Positions 36,209-46,835 of a stretch of 64,000 nucleotides of DNA are shown here, in pieces (the first letter of the stretch is position 1; every line of letters begins with the position of its first letter). The position numbers and the translations under genes are program-made. The DNA is from a virus: IMG/VR virus record IMGVR_UViG_3300042301_003932; one strand, given 5' to 3'. The notes under the pieces are model-generated. The model did no database searches, had not been told where the DNA came from, and saw nothing but the letters and a program-made list of their open reading frames with translations.

Positions 36209-36423
36209 TACTTATCAAATAATTTAAAGTCTTCATTTACGTTTCCACAATCATTACACATATAAGTTGGGAATGGTACAATAGTATCTTCTGGACTTCC
36301 GGTTAATAGTTTTGGTACTCTTTTTAACATGGTGACTTCTTTAAAGAATGTTGATTTACATTTTTCACAATCAATGGTTGGTTGATCTCTTAGATTGATT
36401 TTTGGTTTGATGATTTCTTCCAT
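36208..36423 (-). CDS. Zinc-ribbon protein
   Basis: CEKC...CNDC. Confidence 0.75.
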   Translation of the reverse strand: MEEIIKPKINLRDQPTIDCEKCKSTFFKEVTMLKRVPKLLTGSPEDTIVPFPTYMCNDCGNVNEDFKLFDK

Positions 36424-36522
36424 TTTGTTTTATATTTTACTTTTATTTTTCCTACTTCTTTATCCCAAGTGGTATTATACCACCAAGCAATTGTTATCTC
36501 TGGTTTCATATTACATTATAGT

Positions 36523-37389
36523 TTAATTTTTTAAGTTTGTCAAACGTTCTTTAATATCCATGTTTATTATCTCATCAATTACCTTTCTTTCTACTCTATA
36601 CTCGGTAAAATCTTGTTCTTCCGTTAAGTGAACAATTACACAACCATAAAATGGAATATCACCATATTTTGTTCCTTCCAACATTTTTAATAACACCTTC
36701 CCATATAAAGGTAGTTGTGTGTTGTAGTGACCAAGAGCGTTGTTTGGTAGGTATTTAAATGGTTCTCTCATTGGTTTTGTGTAGTCGTTAGATTCCATGT
36801 TTTTCTTTTTATTGGTTTTCCAATCGGTAATAACAATACCAAACCCTGTTTTTAGTTTATTAAACATTAACCAAACTTTATCGGGTTGACCGGTATACCC
36901 TAACTCCGGATGACCTAAAACTATCTCAGTATCTAATAGGACGGCACCTCTATCTTCCATGAGTTTCAAAAACTTATAACCCGCCTTAATCATACGATCA
37001 CCTTTCATAATCATAGCCATATCACACTCATAAAGTGGTTGTCTAACCTCTTTTTTGATTCCATGTCTTTTGATTGTTTCAATCTCCAATTCATAATGGA
37101 CTCTACTTCCCATATTGGTTGATATTCTACCGGCCTCTTCCCATTCTGCAAGTAGTGTTTGCATAACGTATGGATCTCCTTTTGCCTTATTTCTTGCTGC
37201 TTCCTCAGTGGGAAAATCATCATAAAATAACTTCATTACTTTTGATACGGACGGAAAATCATCTCTGATTGTTCCATCAATATCTTTCATGGTGTATCTA
37301 TGTTTATCTTCTTCAAAAGTTAATTCTAACTCTTTTTGTCTTTCTGATAAGATATCTCGTATTTCTTTTGCTATTTCTTTTAAGTTCAT
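36523..37389 (-). CDS. PD-(D/E)xK superfamily exonuclease
   Basis: PSVS, GSRVH, TGQPD, TDWKT, QLPLY; start coupled (ATGA) to primase stop. Confidence 0.85.
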   Translation of the reverse strand: MNLKEIAKEIRDILSERQKELELTFEEDKHRYTMKDIDGTIRDDFPSVSKVMKLFYDDFPTEEAARNKAKGDPYVMQTLLAEWEEAGRISTNMGSRVHYELEIETIKRHGIKKEVRQPLYECDMAMIMKGDRMIKAGYKFLKLMEDRGAVLLDTEIVLGHPELGYTGQPDKVWLMFNKLKTGFGIVITDWKTNKKKNMESNDYTKPMREPFKYLPNNALGHYNTQLPLYGKVLLKMLEGTKYGDIPFYGCVIVHLTEEQDFTEYRVERKVIDEIINMDIKERLTNLKN

Positions 37390-38306
37390 TCTTTTTCTTC
37401 TACTATGTATTCGTTTATTTGACCTCTTAGGTCGCAAACGTCTTTATCTTTTGGTAGTTTCATCAACTTAACCCTACCATAAAGTTTTCCTCCGTTTAAT
37501 TTGTCGTATATATTTTTAGCATCTTCAAATGCGTCTCCATCAAGACAAACAATTATATCTTTTTTTGCCTTTTCGTATAATTTTTCCCATAGATTATCAT
37601 TAACGTATTTACCTAACAATGCAATTGAATTGTCTAAAAAGAAAGAATCAAACACACCCTCAACAAGGTATATGTCTTTTTTCCAATCAATTAAACTTTC
37701 GTTAAATATAAGGAAGTCTTTGGCTGCTTCAGGATTTTTGTATTTTAATTTTGATTTTGGGTTCCACGACCTTGATACAAAAAAGTTTAACTCTCCCTTT
37801 TTATTAAATGACGGAACAATAATACGACCGGCATAATCACCCTCAACACAAAGACCAATATTATACTTATCTATTGTTTCTTGAGTTATACCTCTTTTTT
37901 TAAGGTAATTAAACGCCTCTTTTCTTGGTACGTGTAGTGGGTGTATTTCCTCAAACTTTTTATACTCTTTTGGTAATTCTAACTCTTTATATACTTTTTG
38001 TTTTTTTTCTACCTTATCAGGTCTGATGAGATTATATGTTTTTTTATCTTTTTTTGATCCAAACTGTTCAATTAACCTACCCAAATGCCCGTGAGTGTCG
38101 TGTGTTTCAGAACAACTCCAGCATTTATAAATGTGATTAAAATAATTTATTTCTAAATTTCCCTTACCATCGGTTTTTGATAAACCTTTTATCTCATAGG
38201 AACAAACTGGGCAGTCAACAGATATTTGACCACTATATTCATTTACGTTTTTCGGTTCACCAAAAATATTCTCAATAAGGTCAACTAATAGTGACTCTTC
38301 TTTCAT
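37386..38306 (-). CDS. DNA primase (DnaG-type)
   Basis: CPVC..CWSC zinc finger, YLKKRGI, KYKNP, TOPRIM EGVFD and LDGD. Confidence 0.92.
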   Translation of the reverse strand: MKEESLLVDLIENIFGEPKNVNEYSGQISVDCPVCSYEIKGLSKTDGKGNLEINYFNHIYKCWSCSETHDTHGHLGRLIEQFGSKKDKKTYNLIRPDKVEKKQKVYKELELPKEYKKFEEIHPLHVPRKEAFNYLKKRGITQETIDKYNIGLCVEGDYAGRIIVPSFNKKGELNFFVSRSWNPKSKLKYKNPEAAKDFLIFNESLIDWKKDIYLVEGVFDSFFLDNSIALLGKYVNDNLWEKLYEKAKKDIIVCLDGDAFEDAKNIYDKLNGGKLYGRVKLMKLPKDKDVCDLRGQINEYIVEEKE

Positions 38307-38349
38307 ACATAAAAGATAAGAAATAAGGGTGAATAGTCAAACAACAAAA

Positions 38350-38372
38350 AACCCACCTTTATGGGGTGGGTT
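38350..38372 (-). terminator. Intrinsic terminator
   Basis: AACCCACC...GGTGGGTT hairpin with T-run on minus strand. Confidence 0.7.
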
Positions 38373-38394
38373 AATAATTTTAAATTTCTTTTAT

Positions 38395-38796
38395 TTAATA
38401 GTTTCTTCTTCTATAAGATTCCGTAGTTACAAATGCAATACTACCTAATGGATTTCTAGGTTCAGATAATTCTCCTTCTCCAAGATCCTTCCAATTATTT
38501 GTTGTTGTATCCCACTCAAACATACTCATAACTGAATTACCACTACCTAAATAAATATATCCTTTTTCCATACCAACTACACCGTTATTTTTTCTACAAC
38601 CACTAGCCATGTCTGGTAAAATCAAAACACCTCCATCGTTTGGTAATTGTAACGCCTTTTCAACTTTACACATTTTACCATTCAATTTAAATGTTTTTCC
38701 AATCATATCTGATTTAGGGGTTAATGTTTGTTCACTAATAACTCGTCTTACGATTCTTGTAAGATCTGATTCTGTTAATCTAATAATTCTTTTCAT
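38395..38796 (-). CDS. Hypothetical protein with LTESDL leader
   Basis: [23 protein letters not shown]; own TATTTAT motif and terminator. Confidence 0.8.
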   Translation of the reverse strand: MKRIIRLTESDLTRIVRRVISEQTLTPKSDMIGKTFKLNGKMCKVEKALQLPNDGGVLILPDMASGCRKNNGVVGMEKGYIYLGSGNSVMSMFEWDTTTNNWKDLGEGELSEPRNPLGSIAFVTTESYRRRNY

Positions 38797-38843
38797 AATT
38801 TTATTTTATTAATAAATATACAATAAAATAAAAAAAACTGTGA

Positions 38844-39449
38844 TTACCAAATCTTTTCTTGTTTCATATAACCTAAAACACAAGTATAAGAATCCGCCAT
38901 ATCAAAACATTCTTTTTTAAGTGTGTTGTTTTTTGTATAGTGCCAAGTGATTTGTGGTTCTTTGTCAGATACTTTTTTCCAAATTAATTCTTTTTTATCA
39001 ACATCTTTTGGTAAACCACCAAATAATACAAATTTTCCTTTATTGTTTACTTGAACAAAATCAGGCCATGCAAATTTTCTAGAATTATAGGTTGAAATGT
39101 ATGATGGTATTATTCCTAAAATGTCATAAATTGATTTTGTAATCATAGAATTGTATCTTAGTAACGTACCTACCGTCCAAACATTATTTGAGTTAAGTAA
39201 TGGTTCTTCAATAACAACTTTAGTAATTCCTAAATTTTTATAGTTGATTAGTTTTTCTTCAAATGCAACTACTTTTAATAGTAATTCTTCAATTTTATCT
39301 TCGGGTTTTGGTTTTATCACCGGAGAAAAATGAGTAAGTTCCAATAATTCTTGAGTTTTTATGTCAAAAAGACTCCAACCAATCGTTTTGGTGGATATGT
39401 CAAGTCCAAGAACTTTAGGTGTGTTCTTTAAATCTCTTTTTTCTTCCAT
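38844..39449 (-). CDS. RuvC-like Holliday junction resolvase
   Basis: VLGLDISTKTIGW, VVIEE, DMADS acidic motifs. Confidence 0.85.
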   Translation of the reverse strand: MEEKRDLKNTPKVLGLDISTKTIGWSLFDIKTQELLELTHFSPVIKPKPEDKIEELLLKVVAFEEKLINYKNLGITKVVIEEPLLNSNNVWTVGTLLRYNSMITKSIYDILGIIPSYISTYNSRKFAWPDFVQVNNKGKFVLFGGLPKDVDKKELIWKKVSDKEPQITWHYTKNNTLKKECFDMADSYTCVLGYMKQEKIW

Positions 39450-39455
39450 ATATAA

Positions 39456-41642
39456 TTAAAAATCAAGTTTAACAGGATACTGTTGAATCCCCTGTCTTTT
39501 TTGTGGAGATTGTATCTTAGAAATAACCATAAGTTCTTTATCTGCATTGTAAAGCCCAACTTCGGTTATGTAAGGAGGTGTTATTCCATCCCATGTCGGA
39601 TTTGATGATTTTAAAAACTGTGTCTGTCCTAAATTACAAAGATAATTCATAACATAAATTGTTGCTTGAATATCTGTCTGTAATGTTCCATAAAAATAGT
39701 ATTCCCCACCAAAATTTAAAGTTACTCCTGATTGATTAAGTGTTGGTAAATCAATGTAATTTGCTAAATTATATGTTGGTGCGTTATCATACATATCTTT
39801 TGTTATTTGGAATGTTGTGCCAGTTAAACCGCTTAAAGTAATAAATCCATTTACCGAATAACCTGATAATTGAGACATAACATCAATTTCTCTCCATTGT
39901 GTTGCAACCGGTCTTGTAGTTCCTGTACTTGTTTTTTGAACTAGAACTTTCATTTCATTAGCAGTAAATCCTGATGGTACTGTTAAATTGTTTGATTGTA
40001 AAAATGGAAATTCGTTACCAAATTTTAAAAATATATTATATGTTGATTGTGTTGGGTCATATAAAATCGGAGTTATGTTTGTATAATAATTACAGTGTAA
40101 TGTGTTTGTAAATGCACTACTATTAAACCTATAAGTAACAAAAACCTGTTCGGTATTTGCACTAAGTAACCCTTCAGTGTCTCCAAGAACACCGTCACAG
40201 GCATTTGGTATTATTGTACCTACTTTAGGCGCTGGTAACGTCCAACTTCGGTTTGTCTTGTAATTTAATGATGCAACAATTTCATCATCATCAAAAACCA
40301 CCATTTTCAAATCAGGAAATACTTTTCCAACTCTATTTGGGTATCCTGTTGATGTTACATGTGTGTCCCAAAGGTTATAGTATCTAATTCCCGGATTATT
40401 AAAATCAGCACTTCGTTTAGATTTTATGTAATACGTTTGAAACAAATCCGGTGTAAATCCACTTGGGTCAGTAAAGAAATATTCACCAATGGTTTTATCT
40501 GGATTTTTATGCCACATTAACCATGGCAAACCAATTTTAAGATTTCTTGCTTGTCCTGTTGCTCCTGGATTTGCAGGATCATATTCCTGTTGTGCAAACT
40601 TTTCACCATAAAAATTATCTATTGATTGATTTGTATAATGAACTATTGCGATCGCCTTTTGGTCTGATGGTGGTACTGTAATTTTATCACCTAATGAGTT
40701 ATTAAAATATACTGAACCAGTATCTACTTGACCTGCGTTTGTTTTATAACCTAAATATTCTTTTGTTCCGACATAGGTTCTACCGCTATATAGATTAAAA
40801 TCTTGGTTAGTATTATTAAAGACCCCTGCCGGTGATTCAGTCCAAGGAATGTTCATATTCCAAACTTTTACGTCTGATTGTGAAACATCGCAGTTTGTTT
40901 CAAAATTAAATACGTTTGTTGCCCAATATGGTTCAGGTGTTACTGAATCATAAATTACAGTCATACCTGATGGATAAAAAACAATGTTACTATTTCCACT
41001 ATAACCCATCGTAGAAAAATTAGGTACTTGTCTATCCAATTCTATCGTTACTGTTGTTGCTGATGAAGTGTCTCCCGTTACACCAACTACCACATATGTA
41101 AACATAGGTGTACTTGCAGTCATAGGACTATATCCACCCGTAAACAAAGTCATAAACATACCAGGTGTTACAGTTCCTGATACCGTTACATCAACAGTAT
41201 TTGCAGAAATTACAATAGTATTACCTGATGTTAAATTGGTGTTTGATATTGTAAAGTTGGGATTGATTGTATACGCAGATGATGTGTATAATGTATTTCC
41301 TGTGAAAAATCCTCTTGGTGCTGCCGAGTTGTAAATGTTGTCAACAAAAGACGAATCATAAGGAATACCAAAAGTACTACCTGAATTTGGATCAACAAAA
41401 AGTGGGTATTTAACGTTTAATCTATTATATTCAGGGGCTGGTACTAAATTGTCCGCATTATATTGTGGTGCCAAAACATTTAATTCAACGTAGTTTTGAT
41501 TTGTAATACTATTATAACAAACTTCACTATCTCCTACTTGAAAATAGGAAATGTCAAATTTACCTTGTGAAATCTTTTTTCTTGCGGCGTCAGTTAAAAT
41601 TGTATTAATTAAACCACTTGTTGTTTTAATAATGTATGACAT
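39456..41642 (-). CDS. Putative baseplate/tail structural protein
   Basis: LTDAARKKI..G..FQVGDSE N-terminus and YITEVGLYN...ISK C-terminus typical of jumbo-phage tail proteins. Confidence 0.65.
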   Translation of the reverse strand: MSYIIKTTSGLINTILTDAARKKISQGKFDISYFQVGDSEVCYNSITNQNYVELNVLAPQYNADNLVPAPEYNRLNVKYPLFVDPNSGSTFGIPYDSSFVDNIYNSAAPRGFFTGNTLYTSSAYTINPNFTISNTNLTSGNTIVISANTVDVTVSGTVTPGMFMTLFTGGYSPMTASTPMFTYVVVGVTGDTSSATTVTIELDRQVPNFSTMGYSGNSNIVFYPSGMTVIYDSVTPEPYWATNVFNFETNCDVSQSDVKVWNMNIPWTESPAGVFNNTNQDFNLYSGRTYVGTKEYLGYKTNAGQVDTGSVYFNNSLGDKITVPPSDQKAIAIVHYTNQSIDNFYGEKFAQQEYDPANPGATGQARNLKIGLPWLMWHKNPDKTIGEYFFTDPSGFTPDLFQTYYIKSKRSADFNNPGIRYYNLWDTHVTSTGYPNRVGKVFPDLKMVVFDDDEIVASLNYKTNRSWTLPAPKVGTIIPNACDGVLGDTEGLLSANTEQVFVTYRFNSSAFTNTLHCNYYTNITPILYDPTQSTYNIFLKFGNEFPFLQSNNLTVPSGFTANEMKVLVQKTSTGTTRPVATQWREIDVMSQLSGYSVNGFITLSGLTGTTFQITKDMYDNAPTYNLANYIDLPTLNQSGVTLNFGGEYYFYGTLQTDIQATIYVMNYLCNLGQTQFLKSSNPTWDGITPPYITEVGLYNADKELMVISKIQSPQKRQGIQQYPVKLDF

Positions 41643-41643
41643 A

Positions 41644-42498
41644 CTAATAAATACTTAAATCTTTGTTATTTTTTTTAATCGTAATTCCCTCTTCTAAAAG
41701 TCTATTTTTTATTTTTTTTTCTATGAGTGGGTCTCTTTTACTTGCAGCTATTAGGTGAGTATATCCTAATTTTTTTGCCAATTCTTCGGAAATAGTTCCC
41801 ATATATTTTTCATGACTTTCACCATAAAACGTTAATAAATCAACGTTATATTTATAAAATTTACAAATACAATATATACAAAATTGCTCATATATTAAAC
41901 AAGATAAATGGTGATCGTAGTTAAACTTTGACTCGTCTAAAAATTTTATGTAATTTAACGATTCCGTCCACCATTCTTGTATTACGTCTAATTTATTGAA
42001 CGCAATAACTCCGCAATTATATGCTTTGACTTTTTCGGTATCAAACCATTTTGGTTTACTTGTATAATTTTTTTCAGCATGATCTAATAACCATTTATAC
42101 CAATATTTTTGTGACTCAGTTTCTAAGTTTTGAAAAGCAGCATCTGATTTTAAAAATTTATCCGGAAGTGGTTTGAATAATATAACGTCAATATCTATAT
42201 GTATAAAAGGTTCTTTTTGTAGTTTGCACGCATAAATTTTTCCTAATGACCAATGGTTTTCATAAATACCCATCATAGCATGTTCCAAACTTGTATCAAT
42301 ATTATCAAAAGACAAACCATACTTTTCAACTAAGTCTTTACCTTCAAAATCGGTAACTAAATACACCTCATCAAACCATTTTTTTGTATAATGTAACGAT
42401 AAAGCAAAACACTCTATTAAATTTTTTTCAGTATTAAACCCTACGGTTTTACCGTTCATAGGTTTTGTCCATAAAGAATAAACTGCTCTTTTTATCAT
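41644..42498 (-). CDS. DUF6734-like putative glycosyltransferase (DxD)
   Basis: YSLWTKP, WSLGKIYA..LQKEPFIHIDIDV, NCGV, EQ, YTHL. Confidence 0.65.
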   Translation of the reverse strand: MIKRAVYSLWTKPMNGKTVGFNTEKNLIECFALSLHYTKKWFDEVYLVTDFEGKDLVEKYGLSFDNIDTSLEHAMMGIYENHWSLGKIYACKLQKEPFIHIDIDVILFKPLPDKFLKSDAAFQNLETESQKYWYKWLLDHAEKNYTSKPKWFDTEKVKAYNCGVIAFNKLDVIQEWWTESLNYIKFLDESKFNYDHHLSCLIYEQFCIYCICKFYKYNVDLLTFYGESHEKYMGTISEELAKKLGYTHLIAASKRDPLIEKKIKNRLLEEGITIKKNNKDLSIY

Positions 42499-44117
42499 AT
42501 GTTACCAACCCCTATACCTCCACCTAAACCGTAGTAAACAGTATTTGCTTGTTTTGAGACACCAAAAGTCAAAGTATTTATTGGTGGTATTACTGTTTCG
42601 CAAGGACCATTATTCAATAATATAGTACCATTTACGGTTATTGTGTCATTTATTTTAGCATATGGTGCACAAGTCGCATTTCCGTTTGGTGTTGTAACTT
42701 TCATAAAAACTTGCCCAGTCACTTTACCTGTGCCAACTATTTTTGCACTGTATATTCTTGTAATTCCTGTTGTGTAATAAATTGGGTGACATCCTACAGT
42801 GAGAGATGTGTTACTTGTTTGAGATACGTTAGATGTTAAAAATTGTCCTCCACCCGTAGTTCCTGTTGTTCCTACATATGTTAATGTTGGAACTGCATTA
42901 GAGGAAGTTCCACCAGATAAACTTGACGTGTGAATAATTGTAAAGTTTATTTCTCTGTTTGCAGGTAATGTTGGTGTTACTGATACCTCCCAATTATAAG
43001 TACATTCTCTTGAGATTGATGTGTTTGTTACTGTTGGGTTTGGTGGTACTAAATTCAACGTTACTTGGTAATTTGTTATTGGGTTTTGATTTGATAAAGT
43101 CACTAGTTTTGTACTAATATTACCAATCAAATCTTTTACATAAACCGTATATGTTCCATCAGCCAAACCTAAAAATATGTTTGATATTTGAAAAGTTATT
43201 CCATTTATTGAATATGTGTATGGAGAAGTACCCCCAACAACTGAATTTACAACAATTTTACCGTTACTAACCCCTTCACAAGTTGGGTTGATTGTGCTAG
43301 TTGTAATGTCAAAACTACTTACACAATCACCTTGTGTCACAATCGCAGTTCCTGGTCCGTTATACGTCCATATACCAATTGGTGGGGAAAGTGTTGATTG
43401 TAAAAGTGGTATACCCGTTTGAGTCCAACCTGAAATCATCCATTGTGTTGCACTATTATTATAATACATAGTTAATGTATTACTTGTCCAAGAAGGGTAA
43501 TTATTTATAGTATTAGCAGAATAAAATTGGTATTGTGTTGTTGCAATTGTTGGTGGTAAACCGGGTGTAATTATTTGTGATGTTAGACATAACCCTGATG
43601 TGTTTTCAAGTTGTGGTGTGATCGGTAAACAATCGGTACAGTTTAAAAATGGTCCTGATGTTGTTATAACATTATAATTATAATAACTTTGACCAGAATA
43701 CAATATAAGGCCGTTAGATATCCAACAACCAAGTTGAGAATTAAGTGTAAATGTTACTCCCGTTTGTGTTTGGTTTTCTAAATTAGCAACATAGTATAGT
43801 TTATTATTAAAGTCATTACAATCATAGAACTCCTCTAAATAAAACGTACTATAAGGGACGGTACATGTGGTTGTTGCTGTAAAATCTCCATAATAATCAG
43901 TTACTGTTGCGGTATAATCACCGGCAGCGACACCAGCCAAAAATTGTGTTTGTGCTCCGTTTTCCCAAGTCACACTATATGGAGGTGTTCCTCCTGTAAT
44001 GATTAATGAAGCAACACCATCAACTGTAAATGGTGTAAAAGCACTAATAGTACTACAAGTCACCCCTAAAGGGTACAAAGTTATAATATCACATGTATTT
44101 GCACTGTATCCTGGCAT
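42495..44117 (-). CDS. Thr/Cys-rich virion protein with SprB-like repeats
   Basis: GGTPPYSVTW...AGDYTATVTD; GGTSPYTYS...DGTYTVYVKD. Confidence 0.75.
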   Translation of the reverse strand: MPGYSANTCDIITLYPLGVTCSTISAFTPFTVDGVASLIITGGTPPYSVTWENGAQTQFLAGVAAGDYTATVTDYYGDFTATTTCTVPYSTFYLEEFYDCNDFNNKLYYVANLENQTQTGVTFTLNSQLGCWISNGLILYSGQSYYNYNVITTSGPFLNCTDCLPITPQLENTSGLCLTSQIITPGLPPTIATTQYQFYSANTINNYPSWTSNTLTMYYNNSATQWMISGWTQTGIPLLQSTLSPPIGIWTYNGPGTAIVTQGDCVSSFDITTSTINPTCEGVSNGKIVVNSVVGGTSPYTYSINGITFQISNIFLGLADGTYTVYVKDLIGNISTKLVTLSNQNPITNYQVTLNLVPPNPTVTNTSISRECTYNWEVSVTPTLPANREINFTIIHTSSLSGGTSSNAVPTLTYVGTTGTTGGGQFLTSNVSQTSNTSLTVGCHPIYYTTGITRIYSAKIVGTGKVTGQVFMKVTTPNGNATCAPYAKINDTITVNGTILLNNGPCETVIPPINTLTFGVSKQANTVYYGLGGGIGVGNI

Positions 44118-44132
44118 AATTTATAGTTTAAT

Positions 44133-44351
44133 TTATGGTGATAATTCATAATAAATGCATAAATTAGCATCTATAATTTTTAATGCATATGAAGGGTAAG
44201 TTTCATATACTGGAGGTAAAACAAACGGATATGGTAAAGATGTGACAGTATCGTAATAAATACAAGTGGCTGTCGCACCAGTACTATCACATATCCACAA
44301 ATTTAGTGGTAAGGTTCCTGTTGTTGCTGTTAATGTTACTAATGTTGGCAT
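44133..44351 (-). CDS. Small Cys-containing protein, paralog of 49764 and 50070
   Basis: P..LWICD...C...LP...KIID..C. Confidence 0.7.
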   Translation of the reverse strand: MPTLVTLTATTGTLPLNLWICDSTGATATCIYYDTVTSLPYPFVLPPVYETYPSYALKIIDANLCIYYELSP

Positions 44352-44355
44352 ACTT

Positions 44356-45987
44356 TTAACAATTTCCGTTTACGTTACATATTTCAGTTAATTTCCCATC
44401 AACGTCTACACTATATATTTTAGTTCCATATTTTATGTAGTCAACAATAACAGGTGTAGTTAATGTTTGATCTTCATAAATATATACCCCCGTTTGTATT
44501 ACAGAATCAGAAGATGAGGTATAGAATGTTATTACTGATCCACCATTTGTTAATTCACATACAGGACAAGAAAGTGAGAACTCACCCCTTGCTCTCCAAA
44601 TACTATAAGATAGTGTTGGTTGAGGTGTTGGTATTAAACAATTTACACAATTTGTATATGTTGTTGCGGTTGTTGCGGTAAATGTTTCAACATAAGACCA
44701 AATATATCCAACAGGTGGTGTATATGAATAATAGTTACCAATATAGGAGTAACATGCTCCTGATGTTGTTTTTAATATATCCCCAATATTAACATTATAT
44801 GGAGGGTAAGTGTATTGAATAATCATTGAGTTGTCTGTACATGATGTAAAAACAAATACTGTGTTTGGTGCGTATGTTGGTGTTATCACTGGCGTTGCGG
44901 TTGGTGTTGGAGTAGGTGTTGGTGTTGGAGTAGGTGTCGGTGTCGGTGCAGGAACTGTACAATATGAGCATCCACTTGTTGATGCGCTTATTACTCCTTG
45001 TAAATAATCGGCAGGACTACCAAATACGTTTTCGGTATATGTTAAACACTTATATTGGTCATTAATTAAACCTAAAATAGTTGTTCCTGTTACGATTGGT
45101 GATCCTGAATATATTATTGGTCCACTGACAAAGAATATATCACTACTATTACAATCCACTAATTTATTTACATTAACACAAACAAAATTACCACTATCAA
45201 TTACAAAAGTCACACCTGAAACTACATTATATGGATAAACAGGTGGTGTGGGTGTTGGTGTAGGGGTTGGTGTAGGAGTTGGTGTTATTGCCGAAAATGA
45301 AACACCTACAGTATACCCTGAACAAATATCTATTGTGGGGGTTGGTGTAGGGGTTGGTGTTACTGTCGGTGTGGGGGTTGGTGTTACTGTCGGTGTAGGT
45401 GTCGGAAACGCACATTCTAAAACAATATCAAAATCTAATATTGAGCACGGATCGTATGGTGTTGGTGTTGGGAAACAAACCCCCGAATAATATAAAGTTT
45501 CATCAATATCGGGACAACTTGACGTTGTTGGGTTAGGTCCATAAAATAGACATGTTGCGGTTAAACCTGAAGTTAAACACCACTTAGTATTATTAAAATA
45601 AAGGTATCCTGGCACAGTTCCACCCGTCCAATATGGGTAACTATTATAGTTCCCAGCAACCTCATATGTTCCATTGTACCCTGAATATGTGTTAATTGAT
45701 ATATTAATACATATGTCATTGCTACAACAATCACCAGTCAAACAAAGTGTATCAGAACAATCTGTTTGAATGGTATAAACACCGTCAAATATTGAAAATG
45801 TTGTTGCGGTAAAACCACTCGTAAATGCCGAGACAATAGTATAACAACCATCAGGAACAACGGGGTCACCTGAAAAATGATATGTTAAACCTGTTGTTGC
45901 GGTACCACCGGTAGCAACCCAAGCGGCGTCGTTAGTTACATATTGGTAACCATCATAACAACAACCTTGAAATCTTAAATCCGCCAT
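44356..45987 (-). CDS. Cys-rich virion protein with mucin-like (PT)n tracts
   Basis: Three long PTPTPT tracts between Cys-rich modules. Confidence 0.8.
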   Translation of the reverse strand: MADLRFQGCCYDGYQYVTNDAAWVATGGTATTGLTYHFSGDPVVPDGCYTIVSAFTSGFTATTFSIFDGVYTIQTDCSDTLCLTGDCCSNDICINISINTYSGYNGTYEVAGNYNSYPYWTGGTVPGYLYFNNTKWCLTSGLTATCLFYGPNPTTSSCPDIDETLYYSGVCFPTPTPYDPCSILDFDIVLECAFPTPTPTVTPTPTPTVTPTPTPTPTIDICSGYTVGVSFSAITPTPTPTPTPTPTPPVYPYNVVSGVTFVIDSGNFVCVNVNKLVDCNSSDIFFVSGPIIYSGSPIVTGTTILGLINDQYKCLTYTENVFGSPADYLQGVISASTSGCSYCTVPAPTPTPTPTPTPTPTPTATPVITPTYAPNTVFVFTSCTDNSMIIQYTYPPYNVNIGDILKTTSGACYSYIGNYYSYTPPVGYIWSYVETFTATTATTYTNCVNCLIPTPQPTLSYSIWRARGEFSLSCPVCELTNGGSVITFYTSSSDSVIQTGVYIYEDQTLTTPVIVDYIKYGTKIYSVDVDGKLTEICNVNGNC

Positions 45988-46043
45988 TAAACTTTAGACT
46001 TTATTATATAAATAATCATAAGTTTGTTTTATTGTATAGTAAC

Positions 46044-46835
46044 TCATTTGAAAATGTCAAAATATTGCCTCCAATCGGACTTTATGATATTATAATTTTC
46101 TTTATTGTCTAAATAACAGAAATCCAAATATTTTTCTTCGCTACCAACAAACTCCAAGTCTAAGTGGTTTTGTATTAAAGTTATAAAATGTTTAATAAAT
46201 GGATATATAACCCCATTATTAGGAACAAAAAAACAACCTCCATGAATATATCTAAATTGTGATAGTAAATGAAATGGTCTATCGGGAACTAAAAACTCTT
46301 CGTGATGACTAAAAAATGTTATTTTATCATTATATTTTTGATTAATTTTTTCAACATTCGGGAACCCTCGTTTAATTTCAGGGTTATCGTTTCTAAGAAC
46401 CCCAGCATCACACCAAATGAACATATCAGAATCAAAATGTTTCTTTTCTATTGAGCTTTTAATGAAGTATGGTTTATTGAAAATTACGATGTTGTATAAC
46501 GATTCTGTCATTTCGGGGACTTTGAAATGTATTTTAGATTTAAAATTTTCAGATATCATTAGATTAAAAACCTTTTCATGAAACATCTTATATGAATCTA
46601 AATTTTCAATTTTGTCTATGATTATGATCGTTTTATCTAAATTGGGGTCAACAACACTTCTTTGTTCTTTTATAAAACCTTCAAACTTTTCTTCCGTATA
46701 TATTACCATTTTAGAGTCAAACAAAAGTAAGTTTCTCATCCACATCATATATGTGTGGTAAGATAACCCATAGTTAGACCACTTGTCCCTTCCAATATCA
46801 AATAATGCGGTAACTATAGTTGGATTTTCAATCAT
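46044..46835 (-). CDS. HtrL/YibB (WlaTC)-family glycosyltransferase-like protein
   Basis: TIVTALFDIGR, YNIVIFNK, WCDAG, GGCF, SEE. Confidence 0.75.
   Translation of the reverse strand: MIENPTIVTALFDIGRDKWSNYGLSYHTYMMWMRNLLLFDSKMVIYTEEKFEGFIKEQRSVVDPNLDKTIIIIDKIENLDSYKMFHEKVFNLMISENFKSKIHFKVPEMTESLYNIVIFNKPYFIKSSIEKKHFDSDMFIWCDAGVLRNDNPEIKRGFPNVEKINQKYNDKITFFSHHEEFLVPDRPFHLLSQFRYIHGGCFFVPNNGVIYPFIKHFITLIQNHLDLEFVGSEEKYLDFCYLDNKENYNIIKSDWRQYFDIFK

Noticed and set aside
36441-36512. 23-codon ORF MKPEITIAWWYNTTWDKEVGKIK
   Set aside because: Too short to support without conservation data
38844-39449. TnpB/Cas12 or transposase RuvC
   Set aside because: Only 201 aa, no zinc finger or IS ends; next to primase, consistent with a resolvase
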